Assembly: GCA_000091205.1 (NCBI GenBank)
Contig: AP006491.2
Origin: Cyanidioschyzon merolae
Taxonomy: Eukaryota
DNA: 64,000 nucleotides
Reading direction: 5' to 3' (one strand)
The notes beneath the pieces were generated by a model. It was not told the origin of the DNA and made no database searches. It worked only from the letters and a program-made list of their open reading frames with translations. Shown one piece after another: positions 40,861-53,499 of this stretch (position 1 is the stretch's first letter; the number at the start of each line of letters is the position of its first letter). Position numbers and translations under genes: made by a program.

Positions 40861-43341
40861 TCAGAGGACCTGTGGCACATCCACGGGACAAGGACATGAT
40901 ACGCGGGCAGCGGGTACCGGTCCTGGCCCTGGTTCCGCTGACGACGGCACCTCAGCCATAACTTGCGTACTGCGACGACGAAAGCGACGTGCTTGGTGGC
41001 ACACGCTGCGCACCATGGTGCCGCTCTCGGGTCCAAACAGATGCCGAGATATACCATCACGAAGCCCTGTTGCAGGACGTTCACAGAATGAGGCAGGTAC
41101 AGCCTGTGCTTCCCACTCAGTCCAAGTCGGGGAACGATTCAGCGCACCAACAAGCCCAGCGAGACGACGAGTCGCAGCCGTCCGAGCCACTTTTTCTATA
41201 TCCTCGACAGGCTCATGCCTGGTGTTGGTACCGCTCAGCGAACCAACAGCTGACGTACTCGAGGAGCGTGTGCGCACACCAGGTCCAGAGTGGCTCGCTG
41301 CATCCGCAGATGACGATCCGAGCGCTTGCGTTCCAGAAAGTGTTCGTGGACGCGACGCTGACGCCGTCACCGATCGGACATCGTCGAGGACTTTTCGAAT
41401 CTCTGACAAGTCCGTAGCATCGGGCAGCGCGCTGCGGCGTGTGCGTTTCTGTGGCGTTTCCGGCGGTGACATCACCGGCGTCGCCAGCCCTGCAGCCGGT
41501 GACGACTCCACATCCGAACTCGGGCACGCTGCCGTTGGTGCACCAGAATTCCGAGACCCGCCTGCGAGCGGCTGGGATAACGGCGTGCTCGACTTGACTG
41601 TCCGCTCAGGCGTTTTCAGCGCTGCTGCTGCTGCTGCTGCTGCACCTTTCTGTGAACGCAATGACCAGTGCGGGCCTGCCGTTTGCGCATGCGTCGAGAG
41701 CTCATCCAACATGGATGCGCTCGCAGGTGAATGACCTGATGAGGGAGTTTCGCACCTCAGGTCTCGCAATTTGGGTTCTATCTGGACCAGGTAATGCTGT
41801 TGGGCTCCGATCACAGATCCGGGGCGGCACAGCCGACACCAGGCAATGGCCTCCGTTGCCGTAAAGCCGTACATGTGCATCAAAGCACAGCACATAAGCG
41901 TTCCAGTGCGTCCAAGGCCGGCCTTGCAGTGAACCGCAACGGCACCCGGTTCATCCGCGCAAATCGCCAGAAAACGCTGGACGATATTCCAGTCCGGACA
42001 TGCACCGTCCGCAAAGTACAGATCGTAGTGACGAAATCCCGCTTGGCGAAAAACACGCGCGTCATAGCGTCGCCGGTTCAGACGTACCACAGCAGTGACG
42101 CCAAACTGCTGAAAGAGGCGAATAAAGTACTCGGGAGCACAGCCCACGCCGATGTCTGTTGCTTCCGGGCAGCTCGTCGGACCCGCGAACGCCAGCAGCT
42201 TACCCGGAACAATCCAGTTCAGGTCGCCGTTGTGTACTTGCTCCCAAAGCTCATATGATTCGATATCGAACGCATCTGGTGCGAAGAGGTGGCACACATT
42301 GGTCGCCCGATGCCAAGCGCTGATGCAGTCAAAGACGCCCAAAGGGAACGAGGATTCCGGACCAGCAGATGCATCGCGAAAGAAAACCAAAGAGCTTTTG
42401 AGACGCTGGAGTTTTGCATCGGCCTGTTCGGGGAGATCTCCAAGGCGAAGAACGCGATAGGCGCCCACCAGGGCTGCTGCGTTCGTCAAAGACTCTAGAT
42501 CATCTGTACAGAGCATGATGGCGATAGGAGACGCCCTGCCGGGGACATTGTCCTCCACGAAAGATCCTTCATCTCCGTCGCTAACAACAGTTTTCGGAGC
42601 GTATGCAAGATTGTGTTTCACTCCCTCGCCTTGGACTGCGTTGCCTCGCAGTGCTCCGTCGCACATACCCCGAGGCATCAAGACACCGTCCGTGCGTCCT
42701 TGCCAGAGATGCAGCTCTCGGACGATACTTTCAATACGCTGAATAAACCGCATGGTCTGCGCGAGATTGTATGGTCCAAAGTCGTTACAGAACGCCTCGT
42801 ACACAAGGTCGTCCTGGACGGAAAACAAAAGTCCAGCCAGGTGTCGAGTTCGGTTCGAGCGAGCGCCGCCACCTGCGGTGTCCGCAGCGTCCGCCTGCGG
42901 CCGGAGCGGCGTGCCGTTCGCAGTCGCTTCTGCGAAGAGCCCCAACAGCGTCGGCGGTGCTAACAACCGACAGTCCGGAGTGCGTCTTTCGCAGCATCCT
43001 CGATCGATGCTTTCAGATACTGGCCGGTCTTCAGGGTCTCGGGCGCGTACCGACCACGGAACCAGGTACACGAGACCAGGAACAACCTCAGCATAGAGCT
43101 CTAGACGAAGATGCGATCGCAGTTCTGGCCTCTGCTCCAAGGCAGAACGCAGCCAAGGAGACATCCAAGCCCATTCTTCATATGCACAGTGGGTTCTTTG
43201 TTCGTCGCCCTCAAAGCAACTGCTGCTTCGCTGCTCTGAGGGTTCCTCAGCTCCGCCCGGTCCCGCGCTTGTTCGCACGCGCTCCGACACAGACTGCGCC
43301 CTGCTCTGCTGGCGGGTGCGATGCGCAACACCGACCATCAT
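40861..43341 (-). CDS. CDC14: CDC14-type dual-specificity protein phosphatase with a long Ser/Ala-rich C-terminal tail
   Basis: A CDC14-type N-terminal domain (..LVYEAFCNDFGPYNLAQTMRFIQ..). Catalytic loop VHCKAGLGRTGTLMCCALM. ATG start at 43341. Confidence 0.85.
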   Translation of the reverse strand: MMVGVAHRTRQQSRAQSVSERVRTSAGPGGAEEPSEQRSSSCFEGDEQRTHCAYEEWAWMSPWLRSALEQRPELRSHLRLELYAEVVPGLVYLVPWSVRARDPEDRPVSESIDRGCCERRTPDCRLLAPPTLLGLFAEATANGTPLRPQADAADTAGGGARSNRTRHLAGLLFSVQDDLVYEAFCNDFGPYNLAQTMRFIQRIESIVRELHLWQGRTDGVLMPRGMCDGALRGNAVQGEGVKHNLAYAPKTVVSDGDEGSFVEDNVPGRASPIAIMLCTDDLESLTNAAALVGAYRVLRLGDLPEQADAKLQRLKSSLVFFRDASAGPESSFPLGVFDCISAWHRATNVCHLFAPDAFDIESYELWEQVHNGDLNWIVPGKLLAFAGPTSCPEATDIGVGCAPEYFIRLFQQFGVTAVVRLNRRRYDARVFRQAGFRHYDLYFADGACPDWNIVQRFLAICADEPGAVAVHCKAGLGRTGTLMCCALMHMYGFTATEAIAWCRLCRPGSVIGAQQHYLVQIEPKLRDLRCETPSSGHSPASASMLDELSTHAQTAGPHWSLRSQKGAAAAAAAALKTPERTVKSSTPLSQPLAGGSRNSGAPTAACPSSDVESSPAAGLATPVMSPPETPQKRTRRSALPDATDLSEIRKVLDDVRSVTASASRPRTLSGTQALGSSSADAASHSGPGVRTRSSSTSAVGSLSGTNTRHEPVEDIEKVARTAATRRLAGLVGALNRSPTWTEWEAQAVPASFCERPATGLRDGISRHLFGPESGTMVRSVCHQARRFRRRSTQVMAEVPSSAEPGPGPVPAARVSCPCPVDVPQVL

Positions 43342-43964
43342 CTCCGTCGTGCCTGTGCAGCTACTGAAAGCTGATAAGCACAGGACAAAAGTTCAGAGGC
43401 TACAAACACGTCTTTGCATCCACGTCCGAGCACACATTCGTCAGGGACGCTGCAAAATAGACCCCCGATGGATCCGCCTCCGATGCCGGGGAGTGTAGGC
43501 CCCGGTGCGCTTCGACGGCCTTGTTTCGTTGTTCGCAGCCGCAGCTCGATGCGCGATCTCCGGCGGATGCGCGCCTGCCGTGGACGTAACGGTCGCGCGA
43601 TGCTACTGGGCCTTGCATCGCATACGACTCAAATGTACAGAAATGTTCAAATTGATACGGCGATCGTTACGAGCGCGTGTGCGTGCGATTTGGCTGTGAT
43701 GGAAAAACGTGTCCATGGACTGTGGATGGCCCAAATTGCGGGATAGGTGAGCATTGACATTCGGGAAAGCGTCCATCATGCTGCGCAATACTCACGCCCA
43801 AGTTCTATTACCTATGCTTCCTATTTTCTATATGGTGCGCTTGATATTTGCACCTCCAGATCTGACATGCATTGAACACGTCGCGCATGTCGCCGCTTTA
43901 GGGAAACGCGATACTGATCATCAGCGTGACGCTCGAACGAACAAGTTGTATTTGCGTCAAATTC

Positions 43965-45941
43965 GTACCAAAGTAGAGTGTTTATCCCAATCGTGTTTCA
44001 ACCATCAAGTACGTGTATTCAAGTGGTTATTTGCAGTTTGTATCAGAAGCGTTCAAAGAGCGATATAAAAAAATCAAAAAATGGAAAGTTTCGGAAGAGG
44101 AAGAGGAGGATCCTGGAGGCGGAGTATCACCGGCTGGCAGAAAAAAACAAAAGACAGTGCAGAGCGAAGAAGAACAGGAAAAGACGAAGAAGCAAAAAGG
44201 AGAGGCTCTACCTCAAATGCTGGAAGAAAGACGACGGTGTGACGAGATGGTAGTGAAAGCCTGTCTTCGTAAACAGAACAAAGATCCGTACAAGCAGGCG
44301 TTGCGGGAGGCCATTAGAAACCGTGTTGAGTCGTACTGTAGGAGTATTCGTAACGCTTCTTTTGGACATATGCATATAGCGAAGGAGATGTATCGTAACG
44401 TGACGCACATGGAAACAGTCGAGGTTCCGGATGAATTTTTCAACGAGAACTTATTCGTCGCTTGCTGGTTGGCACAGGGGAAGCTTCGACGAAAACAATG
44501 AGCGAGTGCATGCTCTCCACGAACATTGCGCCGAATTTCGCTTCAGCGATACTCGATACAAGGATGTCCGGCATATTTACACCTACGAGCCGATGTAGTA
44601 CCCGACGAACCTGAGGAACCATTTGACCAAGAACCTCAAACGCTTCGTGATACGCTCCATCTTTGCACTATACCCGGGCCTCTCTCGCAAAGTGATTGAG
44701 GATCATAGTCGATGGCATCGTTAACGATAGTAAGAATGAAGAGGAGAACGAATTCGTTGAGAAGAAGACATTACACAGGGGACAGAATGAAGCTTCTGGA
44801 ATCCGTGCGGCTATTCAAGAGCACCGTGTGGTCGTGGGCCTGTTCAACCCAGCAGAAATGGTATCCGATATGGAATAAGATTAAGAAAGATGCTATCCCC
44901 TAATCCTGCGGTTTTTCGTGTTTTTGGACCGAGAACTCGAACGTAAGGCGGAGATGGAGCTGGGTGTCGTAAAATGAAGAGTCGGAGAAACGGAAGGCTG
45001 CCCTAATGGGAACGCGCTTCAACGGCGTTCCATTGTGGAACATCAAGTCGCACATTGTGACCATCAACTCCAGAGTCCTTCACAGCTTAATGAAAGAGGT
45101 CACCCCAGTGTTCGATGTCCATGAGGAGGAGTTCAGCAAAGTGACAAGCCGCGGAGCGGACTTTCGAGCCTTCCGGGAATTCATGGAAGCTCAGGCTGCT
45201 CATGACTGCGAGATGTGGAAATGGTCCGGAAAGCCCCGGAGGGCCCGTCAGCATGTGAACCTGTATTGTGGCAAACAGCGTGCATTCACCAACTTCTTCA
45301 ATCAGTTGAGCGTCCTCAAGGTGGTCAAGAGTCAAAGGATTGTAATATCGTACGGAGCAGGGCGCTTTGTACCCGGAAGACGGAGCGCACCCGCTCCATC
45401 GACACGAGCGAACAAGGAGTGCGCATACCTGTTTATTCCATTTCCGATAGATGAGTTCCGAACGTCCTATGTGCACCATGAGCTGAGATGTGCATTCCAG
45501 AGAATCGAGTTGGAGAAGTGTCAGCAGAGCCCTGAGCAAATAGAAAAATACTGTGCGCTAACGGAAGTGCAAATGGAAAGGAGGGCGAAAGTTCGACGGC
45601 TACTCGCATTAGAGAGTACAATCAACGGCAAGAAACGTACGGAGTTTGTGAATCGTCAATTTCACGCTGTTATCACAATAATGAGATGTGCGGTGCTGGA
45701 GACGAGACCCGAGGAGTTGACGCGAACCATCTCTGTGGGGCAGCTCCTCAAGGTCGCATTGTACGGAGAGAAGTTGAAACCAGTAGTTGCAGGCCGGTCA
45801 AAAAAGGCTGGGAGGCGTCTGCACGTCGGTGGGAGACGTATTGTCTACGTCGGGCGGTTTGCAGCTCGCCACCACAGTACACCCGTTATGCAGCGTACGC
45901 CGACTGAAACGCAATCGCTTCTTTGTCACACAATTTTGTAA
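43965..45941 (+). mobile_element. TnpB/Fanzor-like element, copy C: a degenerate copy lacking the RuvC-I and tandem-repeat region
   Basis: ORF1 homolog 44013..44501. The nuclease-ORF homolog 45006..45941 jumps from ..VHEEEF directly to SKVTSRGADFRAF (equal to copy A at about 23380), a deletion of roughly 1.35 kb. It keeps IDEFRTSYVHHELRC, but RuvC-III has degenerated to FVNRQFHAVITIMRCAV. It also carries extra stops and frameshifts. Confidence 0.65.
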
Positions 45942-45949
45942 GCATAAAG

Positions 45950-47180
45950 TTGAAATCGCTCCTTGAAGCATGCACTCGTGCACTCTGAATTTTGGGTATT
46001 GCCCCAGCGTTATCAAAATTGCCCCTTGGTGGATGGTTTTGCAGCTGCCTCCTTTTCTCTCCATCATCTCCGCGTTTGAAAACGTCGGTCTCTCGAGTCC
46101 CTACAGCTCTGCGGTCCGCAATCAAAGGTTCTTGATGGCAGCGTGCAAGTCCTTATTTCCCAGCTTCCAGGTGCAATCGACACCTTCTATTCACAGGCGA
46201 AAGTTGCGATACACGCATCGCTTGACATTTTCATTCGTTTTTTTGGACAGGTTCGGTGCTTCCTACGCAGCGGTGACATTAGAATGCTATCGGATGCTCC
46301 TACGCGTCCACCAATTTTCCTCATGCTCTGACCACCGACCTATGGCGCGTAAAGACTTGAGTCATCGCTCGGCACATACCATGGACGGCTAGACAAGGCG
46401 ATTCGCCTCGCGCTCCTCTGATTCCGAGCCCCGTGTTGTACGCTACGATGACGGGGTTCTTCCGGGCGATCCCTTCGGAGACTACTTTGTCCAGTGCACA
46501 CGCGAGCGTATGCTGTCCTCTTCAAGGGCGTATTTGTAGAACGCAATGCTGTTCACGATGGAACGAGTACCGGAAGCGAAAAATTCAGACTGTAGAAAAA
46601 CGTGACCCAAGAACTTCGATCCTGCTGCGTGCCCTTTGTGCAAAAGCGACGGTGCGCCCTCCAATGGAATCCATCTCGACGATGACTCAGGCCCGAGTCC
46701 GAGACTCTTTTCCATCGAATCACAAGAACTGGGAGCCCCTGTGACCATATCCCGTGATACACGTCATGCTCGTGTCGATTACCATGTCGTCGAGGGCTAC
46801 AAAGAGAAGAAGCATCAAATTTCGAACAGAGTCGATTATATGACGTGAGCCATTCACTTTTCGTTAGGCCTGAGCCCCCAGAGAGGCTTCCAAGGTTCGA
46901 AGCCGATCATGCGTCCGCGTCAACCCAGCGGAACGGAATCCTGGTCCCAGACGGTGCTCTGAACGAGAAAGAGTGAAAATTTGACGAGTGCATGATTGGT
47001 GGACGGTGCGCGTAAGGAGATATGTGTAGTCGTCTTCGCATGTAATGGATCATGATTCCTGATATTTTACGATTCCGTGTTCGTGGGCGTCGCGAGACAT
47101 CCTGATTCCGCAGACGTAACGCACTCCAGCGGCAACGCGTCGAATGACCCATTCCGATACGACGACAGCGCTTCTCCAAA
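45950..47180 (+). repeat. Dispersed repeat family 'R3', copy, directly 3' of Fanzor-like copy C
   Basis: ..AKVAIHASLDIF.. / ..FGASYAAVTLECYR..LSHRSAHTMDG* matches 13.1-13.3 kb. tgtagaacgcaatgctgttcacgatggaacgagtaccg matches 39.88 kb, with TGG changed to TAG. Terminal motif ttccgcagacgtaacgc..aacgcgtcg (47107). Confidence 0.55.
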
Positions 47181-47490
47181 CGACGTATGATTCCATAATC
47201 CCTTCTCGCCGCACTTCGAATGTGGCGTCTGTGCGCCTAACCGATTTCGGAAATTATCGACAGACCGGAGCAAAGCGAGCAGTTCAGTGTCCCATTCTCA
47301 TTGGACCCGGGCCTCGGCACCGTCGACAAACAGTATGACGCAACCTCGTATGGACGTCGCCCGGCTCATGCCGCAACGCGACGATCGATCAAGGCCGTGG
47401 TCTGGACGATCGTTTGCGTCTGCAGCCTGCCGTAGTTTGTTTGTTTGTTTTGTACTTCCACAGGCGACGTGACCTTGTGCTTCGCGGTAC

Positions 47491-49959
47491 ATGTCTGCTG
47501 AGAGCGACCTGGCTGATGATTTGGACCGGCAGGCCTCATTGACGTCATCGAGGACGAAGAAGATACCCATTCAAGGAACTCGAAACGTCCTCGTTACGTC
47601 CGCGTTACCGTACGTCAACAACGTGCCGCACCTGGGAAACCTCATCGGTGCTGTGCTCTCCGCTGACGTCTACGCGCGCTACCTACGTCAGTGTGGAGTC
47701 AATGTGCTCTACATCTGTGGCACTGATGAGTACGGCACCGCCACAGAAACAAAAGCGAGAGAGGAAGGCGTATCGCCAAAGGCGCTTTGTGACAAGTACC
47801 ACGAACTGCACCGACACATCTACCAGTGGTTCGACATACGCTTTGATCACTTTGGACGAACATCTATCCCTCAGCAGACAGCCATCTGTCAGGAGATATT
47901 CTGGGATGTGTACAGAAACGGCTTCGTCGTCGAGGACACCGTCGAACAGCTCTACGACGCGGAGGCGGGTATGTTCCTCGCAGACCGCTATGTGCGGGGC
48001 ACGTGCCCGCACTGCGGCTACGCTGAGGCGCAAGGAGACCAGTGTGACGCGTGCGGGAACCTTCTGAACCCGACGGAACTGTTGGATCCTCGTTCCGCAC
48101 TGACCGGAAGCGTCCCAGTGCGCCGCACGTCCCGCCACCTTTTCCTGGACCTTCCGCGGCTGCGTGACGAACTGGAGGCGTGGATTGAGCGCTCTGCAGC
48201 TCGGGGGCAATGGAGCGAAAATGCCCTCACGATGACGCGGAGTTGGTTGCGTGATGGTCTCAAAAAAAGATGTATCACAAGGGATCTGCGTTGGGGCGTT
48301 CCAGTTCCACTAGATGGATTCCAAGACAAAGTTTTCTACGTCTGGTTCGATGCTCCGATTGGCTACCTGAGCATCACTTCGGACTACATGGGCGACAACG
48401 AGAGCTGGCGCTGCTGGTGGCAGCAGCCAGACGATGTTGAACTCATTCAGTTCATGGGCAAGGACAATACACCATTCCATACGATCATTTTCCCGGGAAC
48501 GCTACTCGCTACCCGGCGTCCGTTCACCATGCTTTGTCGCTTATCGACGACAGAATATCTGAACTATGAGAGCGGTAAGTTCAGCAAAAGCCGCGGTACT
48601 GGCGTCTTTGGTGACAGCGCATCCGAGACGGGTATACCCGCTTATGTGTGGCGTTATTATTTGGTGGCAAATCGACCAGAGCAAGCAGATTCTGTCTTTA
48701 CATGGACCGATCTGGCTGCAAAGAATAACAACGAATTGCTTGCGAACATTGGCAACGTCGTCAGCCGCGTGGTTGCTTTTGTTCAGAACCAAATGGGAGG
48801 CGTGCTGCCGGCGCTCGCGGACGCCTGGTCACCAGCGCCGCTCGATGAACGCTTGTTCGAGCAGGTTACGGCGGAGTTGCAGGTTTTTCATCAGGCAATG
48901 GCGAATATCGGCTTGAAGGCAGCGCTGCGCTCGAGCATGTCCATCGGAAGACTCGCGAATCAGTACTTGCAGGAAACAAAGCCGTGGGACCTCTTCAAAC
49001 AGGACTCGAAACGCGCAGACGGTGTTCGTGTTCTCGTCATCGCGAGTGCAGTTATCCGCTTGCTGGCTGTGACCCTCGAGCCGTTCCTGGGGTCGGGCTT
49101 CGCGAGGCTGGTTTTCCAACAAATCGGTGTACCCCATGCCGATGAGACAAATCGAATTCCGCAGCGTTTCGATCGATCGCAGCTTCAGGAATGGAACTAT
49201 GGCACCGAATCATTTGCGTTTGGCAAACCACAGCACCTGTTCACGAAGCTGGAACCCAGCTTCATAGAAGAGCTCCGTCGCCATTTCGCGGGACATGTTT
49301 CTGCCAACGAAGGCTCGGCATCGAGTGGTGTGGCATCTTCCGACAGCGAGCTACCTCTGGAACTTCGTCTCGGACGGATTATGCAGTGCAACAAGACAGC
49401 GCAGTCCGATCAATTGTATCAGTTGGTGCTGGATCTAGGCCCCGAGGAGGGATCTCGCCAAGCAGCGGCAAATCTCGGACATGCGTTTCCGATGACCAGC
49501 GACTTGCTCGGCCGCTTCGTTGTCGTATGCTGTAATGTGGAGCGCGCGGTGCTAGGCGGTGTGCAAAGCGAGGCTATGGTGCTCGTTGCAGAGAAGAAGG
49601 CGCGCACAGCGCTCCTAACAGTGCGCCACGCGAATGAGGCTATGCTAGGGGCAAGACTGCTCCCATGGTCAGCGTCTGAATCAGGAAATCCGCACACGGC
49701 ACTGATGAACGCAGCTCCGCTGTCACCCCTGGATCGGAAGGGTCTCCAGAGCCGTCTGAAGGAACTTCGTGTTCGCGACGACGGTGTCGTGATTTGGAAG
49801 CAAAACAAGCCGCTGGCAGCTGTCGTCCGAGATCCCGATGATCCACGTCCTCTTGGAACATCTAGCGACCCCGCGATGAAGCCGTCTACCGCATGGGTCG
49901 TAGTTAGCGCCGAAGCATCCCTGGATGTAGGATTCTGGAATAACGCACGTGTACGGTAG
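47491..49959 (+). CDS. MARS: Methionyl-tRNA synthetase (class I catalytic core plus a C-terminal Myf/EMAP-II-like tRNA-binding domain)
   Basis: HLGN(L) HIGH-type motif PYVNNVPHLGNLIGAVLSADVYARY. KMSKS variant KFSKSRG. Zinc-knuckle cysteines CPHCGY..CDACG. A C-terminal OB-fold-like region ..LRLGRIMQCNKTAQSDQLYQLVLDLG... ATG start and TAG stop. Confidence 0.92.
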   Translation: MSAESDLADDLDRQASLTSSRTKKIPIQGTRNVLVTSALPYVNNVPHLGNLIGAVLSADVYARYLRQCGVNVLYICGTDEYGTATETKAREEGVSPKALCDKYHELHRHIYQWFDIRFDHFGRTSIPQQTAICQEIFWDVYRNGFVVEDTVEQLYDAEAGMFLADRYVRGTCPHCGYAEAQGDQCDACGNLLNPTELLDPRSALTGSVPVRRTSRHLFLDLPRLRDELEAWIERSAARGQWSENALTMTRSWLRDGLKKRCITRDLRWGVPVPLDGFQDKVFYVWFDAPIGYLSITSDYMGDNESWRCWWQQPDDVELIQFMGKDNTPFHTIIFPGTLLATRRPFTMLCRLSTTEYLNYESGKFSKSRGTGVFGDSASETGIPAYVWRYYLVANRPEQADSVFTWTDLAAKNNNELLANIGNVVSRVVAFVQNQMGGVLPALADAWSPAPLDERLFEQVTAELQVFHQAMANIGLKAALRSSMSIGRLANQYLQETKPWDLFKQDSKRADGVRVLVIASAVIRLLAVTLEPFLGSGFARLVFQQIGVPHADETNRIPQRFDRSQLQEWNYGTESFAFGKPQHLFTKLEPSFIEELRRHFAGHVSANEGSASSGVASSDSELPLELRLGRIMQCNKTAQSDQLYQLVLDLGPEEGSRQAAANLGHAFPMTSDLLGRFVVVCCNVERAVLGGVQSEAMVLVAEKKARTALLTVRHANEAMLGARLLPWSASESGNPHTALMNAAPLSPLDRKGLQSRLKELRVRDDGVVIWKQNKPLAAVVRDPDDPRPLGTSSDPAMKPSTAWVVVSAEASLDVGFWNNARVR

Positions 49960-51099
49960 CGCCGTTCGCATTCGATGATCGACGAGCTGCTACCTACCTT
50001 AGGATACCTAAACACCGCACTATTCAATCTCGCCCCGAGGATGGAATGTTCGAAGCGATCGAGCAAGAGCTGTTGACCCGGGCTCTGCAGCCTGAACACA
50101 AGTATGTGGACTAGAGCATGCGCTCTTCCATCTGTTGAAGTCGTCCATCATCGCGGATACTACAATTCTGTTGTTCGACTCGCTCCTGAACAGGACTGGC
50201 TATTCACATGGCAATCAATGGAAAAGCGGAGACCGACACTATCAAGAGCGGCTTGAGTCGTGCCCGGCATTCACCCGTTACGAGCACGATGCGACGCATG
50301 CGCGTCTGGCGAGGCCTCTACCAAGCGCGCACTGCAGACGGAACGCACTGCACGGGAGCCTGTCCACGCAGGGCGACGTTTTCGGTGGTGCACGTCGTTC
50401 TACCAGGCCCCTGAGCGCGCTTCGAACGATGTCGCCCTCCAAGATCCGCAGGATGCCGAGCGACTTGACCCGCGCGTACTGAGGTAAACGACGCGGTCCT
50501 AGACTGTAGCAGGTATCCGCGAATCACGCAAGCCTAAAACGCCAGTGCTGTAACTGCCGAGACTTTCCAGACGCATGTACGGATGAGCAAACTCGTTCAT
50601 CAAGTAGGACAGGGCCCAAAGATGCCAGCATTTGCACCAATCCAACATGTACGCGGTGTGCCGCTAGCCTCGAGTGCGTCCTCTCCGTCTGCTACGATGC
50701 GGTCGCTATGATTGTACAAAGGGTGTGCGCGGCTCTGCATGAGCATGCTTCCGCGACGACATATGATGACATTCATGAATCGTAGGCTGTTGGAATCTGA
50801 ACACAAGTGAAGAAAGGATAGACACTCTCCTGGATGCCGATTTTCATCCCGGAATCTCCGATCCCTGGTCAGTGTCGATGCAATACCCATCAAAACAATG
50901 ACTGGTGTGTGCGCGTACATCCGTAAACGTGCATGCTTCTATGCACTGGGAGCTCGCCTATATCCAGGTCACATGAACACGGAATACTGAACTGCTCGCG
51001 CTGTTACACCCTCGATATTGTTTCCGAAACTGTTATAGATGTCCCGACTCGACACACGAATTGCAGCAGTGGGGATTGCGGATGCCTAGGGCATTGCAG

Positions 51100-52320
51100 G
51101 ATTCCGGGCCTTGCTTCCCGAGTCGATCCTTTGACGCCCTGCCGCTGGAATTTCGTACGGTCATCGGAATCAAGATGACTCGCGTCGTCCGCGAACAAGG
51201 ATGCGTCAACGAAGAGAGTTCATGTTCAAATGCATATGTGCCAGCCTGAACGCCTCTCCATGCCTCATGTGTATCGTGGCTAGTTCATACAATTTTCAAG
51301 TTATCGGTTTTTCTGTTTCACGGCAACTTGTGGACACAGCAACGCTCACCGCTGGATTGAAGAGGAAAGCATGCGGCATCGTCACTTAAAGTCGTGTTCA
51401 CACGCGCACGACGAAATTTCACGGATCTCTTCGTGTCAACCGAGAATCCATTTCGATCGAAGGACAGCGTGTACCCGATTGTGGCCGTCGGAACCAACGG
51501 CATTCGACAGTAGCATGATGCCTCTCACTAGATATGCTACCAGAAGCGCTGGGCCCCTCTGGTTCCATGGAAAACCGTCTTGCACTAGAGTCATCGCAAC
51601 GATCTCTTCCAGCGGGGAGTGTGTCATTACGCTCTACGAAGATGCGTAGAAGGATCGATATTTCTCGATCTGATCCCCTGTCTGAATTCTTCTTCCGGGG
51701 CATGTTTCTTCATCATCAACGTTGCGCTCCATAACTCGGTTGCGTGTAACAACGTGCGATTGTGCGTACACCGGACAGAGCGCTTGTCGAGAGGATCACC
51801 CACGAGAAGAAGCTACGGATCGTATGGTACGGAACCGACCGTGGAAACGGTTGCGCGCATCGGCTGGAGTCATCTGCTCCCGTCACGGGCAGGCACCGTG
51901 CGATGACGCAAGCGTTCACGCGCCACAGCGTATTCCGCAGCTGAAGAATCGTTGTGGATATCTGGGAATCCCTGATCCTAGCCATGTGTCACGGTTGCGA
52001 AACGCACACCGATGCTGTCTACAAACAAGACGGAAATGGCAAGCGCAGCGTAGATCGCAACTTTTGCACCCACGTAATATGCATATACAACATCGGGAAC
52101 TATCGAAATCAGGAACCTAACGCTGCTGTCGATGTTCTTCAACTGCTGACAACACAGCTGGAGGGAATCGAGAAACGCCCGTCTGGAAAGCCAGAGATAA
52201 GAGACAGGAAAAGCAAGCAGTTCCATGCAGAGTTTGAAAAACACTGGTATTGAGTACCAGAAAAAAGAAACCCAAAGGTTGAAGTTCATGCCCGAGTTAC
52301 ACAAGTAGACCTGTTCTATT
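51100..52320 (-). repeat. Dispersed repeat family 'R3', copy, in inverted orientation
   Basis: The reverse complement of 51110..51160 matches the R3 terminal motif (cgacgcgttgccgctggagtgcgttacgtctgcggaatcaggatg ~ gacgccctgccgctggaatttcgtacggtcatcggaatcaagatg). Minus-strand ORFs give ..PFPRSVPYHTI.. and ..GAKVAIYAALAIS... The plus-strand ORF gives ..VWYGTDRGNGCAHR.., equal to the minus-strand frame of the 39.7-39.9 kb copy. Confidence 0.5.
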
Positions 52321-52497
52321 TGATGCTCACATCGCTAGCAGACTGCGCTGATCCAAGTCGCGTGAAACGCTGCTTCGCGCGCACACATCGTCGATTCGAT
52401 GTTTCGCAACGATTCACAGCGTAAACAATTTCTTCTGTTGCCGCTACTGTTGAACGTTTCTGCACGGTAGACGCTGGTGCCTGCCCAGTCTTGAGAT

Positions 52498-53190
52498 ATG
52501 AGTCAGGTGTTCATCCTGAAGCGTGTTTTCAGTCGGTGTACGAGACCGCTTCTACCAGTGGTAGAACGAAACAGCGGAGCAGCGAGCTGCTTCGTCACTG
52601 GGTACCACGGGGCTGCGCTCTCGACGCAAGCGGACACGGTTCCGAGCGTGCGCCCCGGCACCGCTCCGCGGGTGCTCAAGTCGTCTGCTCCATCGCTGCC
52701 GGTGGGCATGCACCCGGAAGGAAAGTTAGAGTATGCCGTATCGAAGCTGGACGACTTGGTGAACTGGGCGAGGCGGAGCTCGGCGTGGCCGATGACGTTT
52801 GGTCTCGCGTGCTGCGCAGTCGAGATGATGCACGCAGCTGCCGCGCGCTACGACTTTGATCGATTCGGCATCATCTTTCGACCATCACCGCGGCAGAGTG
52901 ATGTTATGATCGTGGCCGGGACTTTGACGAATAAAATGGCACCAGCTTTACGGAAAGTGTATGATCAAATGTCGGAGCCGCGCTGGGTCATCAGCATGGG
53001 GTCTTGCGCGAACGGCGGTGGCTACTACCACTACAGTTACTCGGTGGTGCGCGGTTGCGATCGAATCGTCCCCGTTGACATATATGTACCGGGTTGTCCG
53101 CCGACTGCGGAGGCCTTGGTCTACGGTGTATTACAGTTACAGAAGAAGATGAAACGCCAACAGACTTTGCTCGCTTGGATGAAGAAGTGA
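52498..53190 (+). CDS. NDUFS7: NADH:ubiquinone oxidoreductase 20-kDa subunit (NDUFS7 / PSST / NuoB homolog) with an N-terminal presequence
   Basis: ..[16 protein letters not shown].., ..[82 protein letters not shown]... These include the Fe-S cluster N2 cysteines. ATG start and TGA stop. Confidence 0.9.
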   Translation: MSQVFILKRVFSRCTRPLLPVVERNSGAASCFVTGYHGAALSTQADTVPSVRPGTAPRVLKSSAPSLPVGMHPEGKLEYAVSKLDDLVNWARRSSAWPMTFGLACCAVEMMHAAAARYDFDRFGIIFRPSPRQSDVMIVAGTLTNKMAPALRKVYDQMSEPRWVISMGSCANGGGYYHYSYSVVRGCDRIVPVDIYVPGCPPTAEALVYGVLQLQKKMKRQQTLLAWMKK

Positions 53191-53442
53191 GCATATCCGC
53201 GCAGCGCATGCAGGATGAAGAGACCGTTTCTTTCCCAAAAGCAAATGCGTGCAGGCAGCTTTTGACGGCAAGGTATGCGACATGAGGCTGTGAATGATCC
53301 CCGCGACCAGGGTTATGGAGATGAGCGACCCGCCGGCGCCTCGAACCTGTGCACAGCACCTCTCGTAGAAGCAGGGGGTGTTCCGGCCCGACCGTGGAGT
53401 CGATGAACGCAGTCTGGTGACTGGCATGCCCAGAGCAGGACG

Positions 53443-53499
53443 TTCTAGAGTACCTGTACCAGCACGCCCGTTTTGGTTTTGTTCGTTTTCCTGGCAGGA
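53443..53499 (+). other. Conserved 57-nt intergenic motif, copy 2
   Basis: ttctagagtacctgtaccagcacgcccgttttggttttgttcgttttcctggcaggag; see copy 1 at 38306. Confidence 0.5.

Noticed and set aside
40814-41734. A 306-codon plus-strand ORF (Ala/Ser/Gly/Arg-rich) antisense to the CDC14-like gene
   Set aside because: It is antisense to a gene with clear catalytic motifs. It includes the poly-Ala run from the (GCT)n tract. It is spurious.
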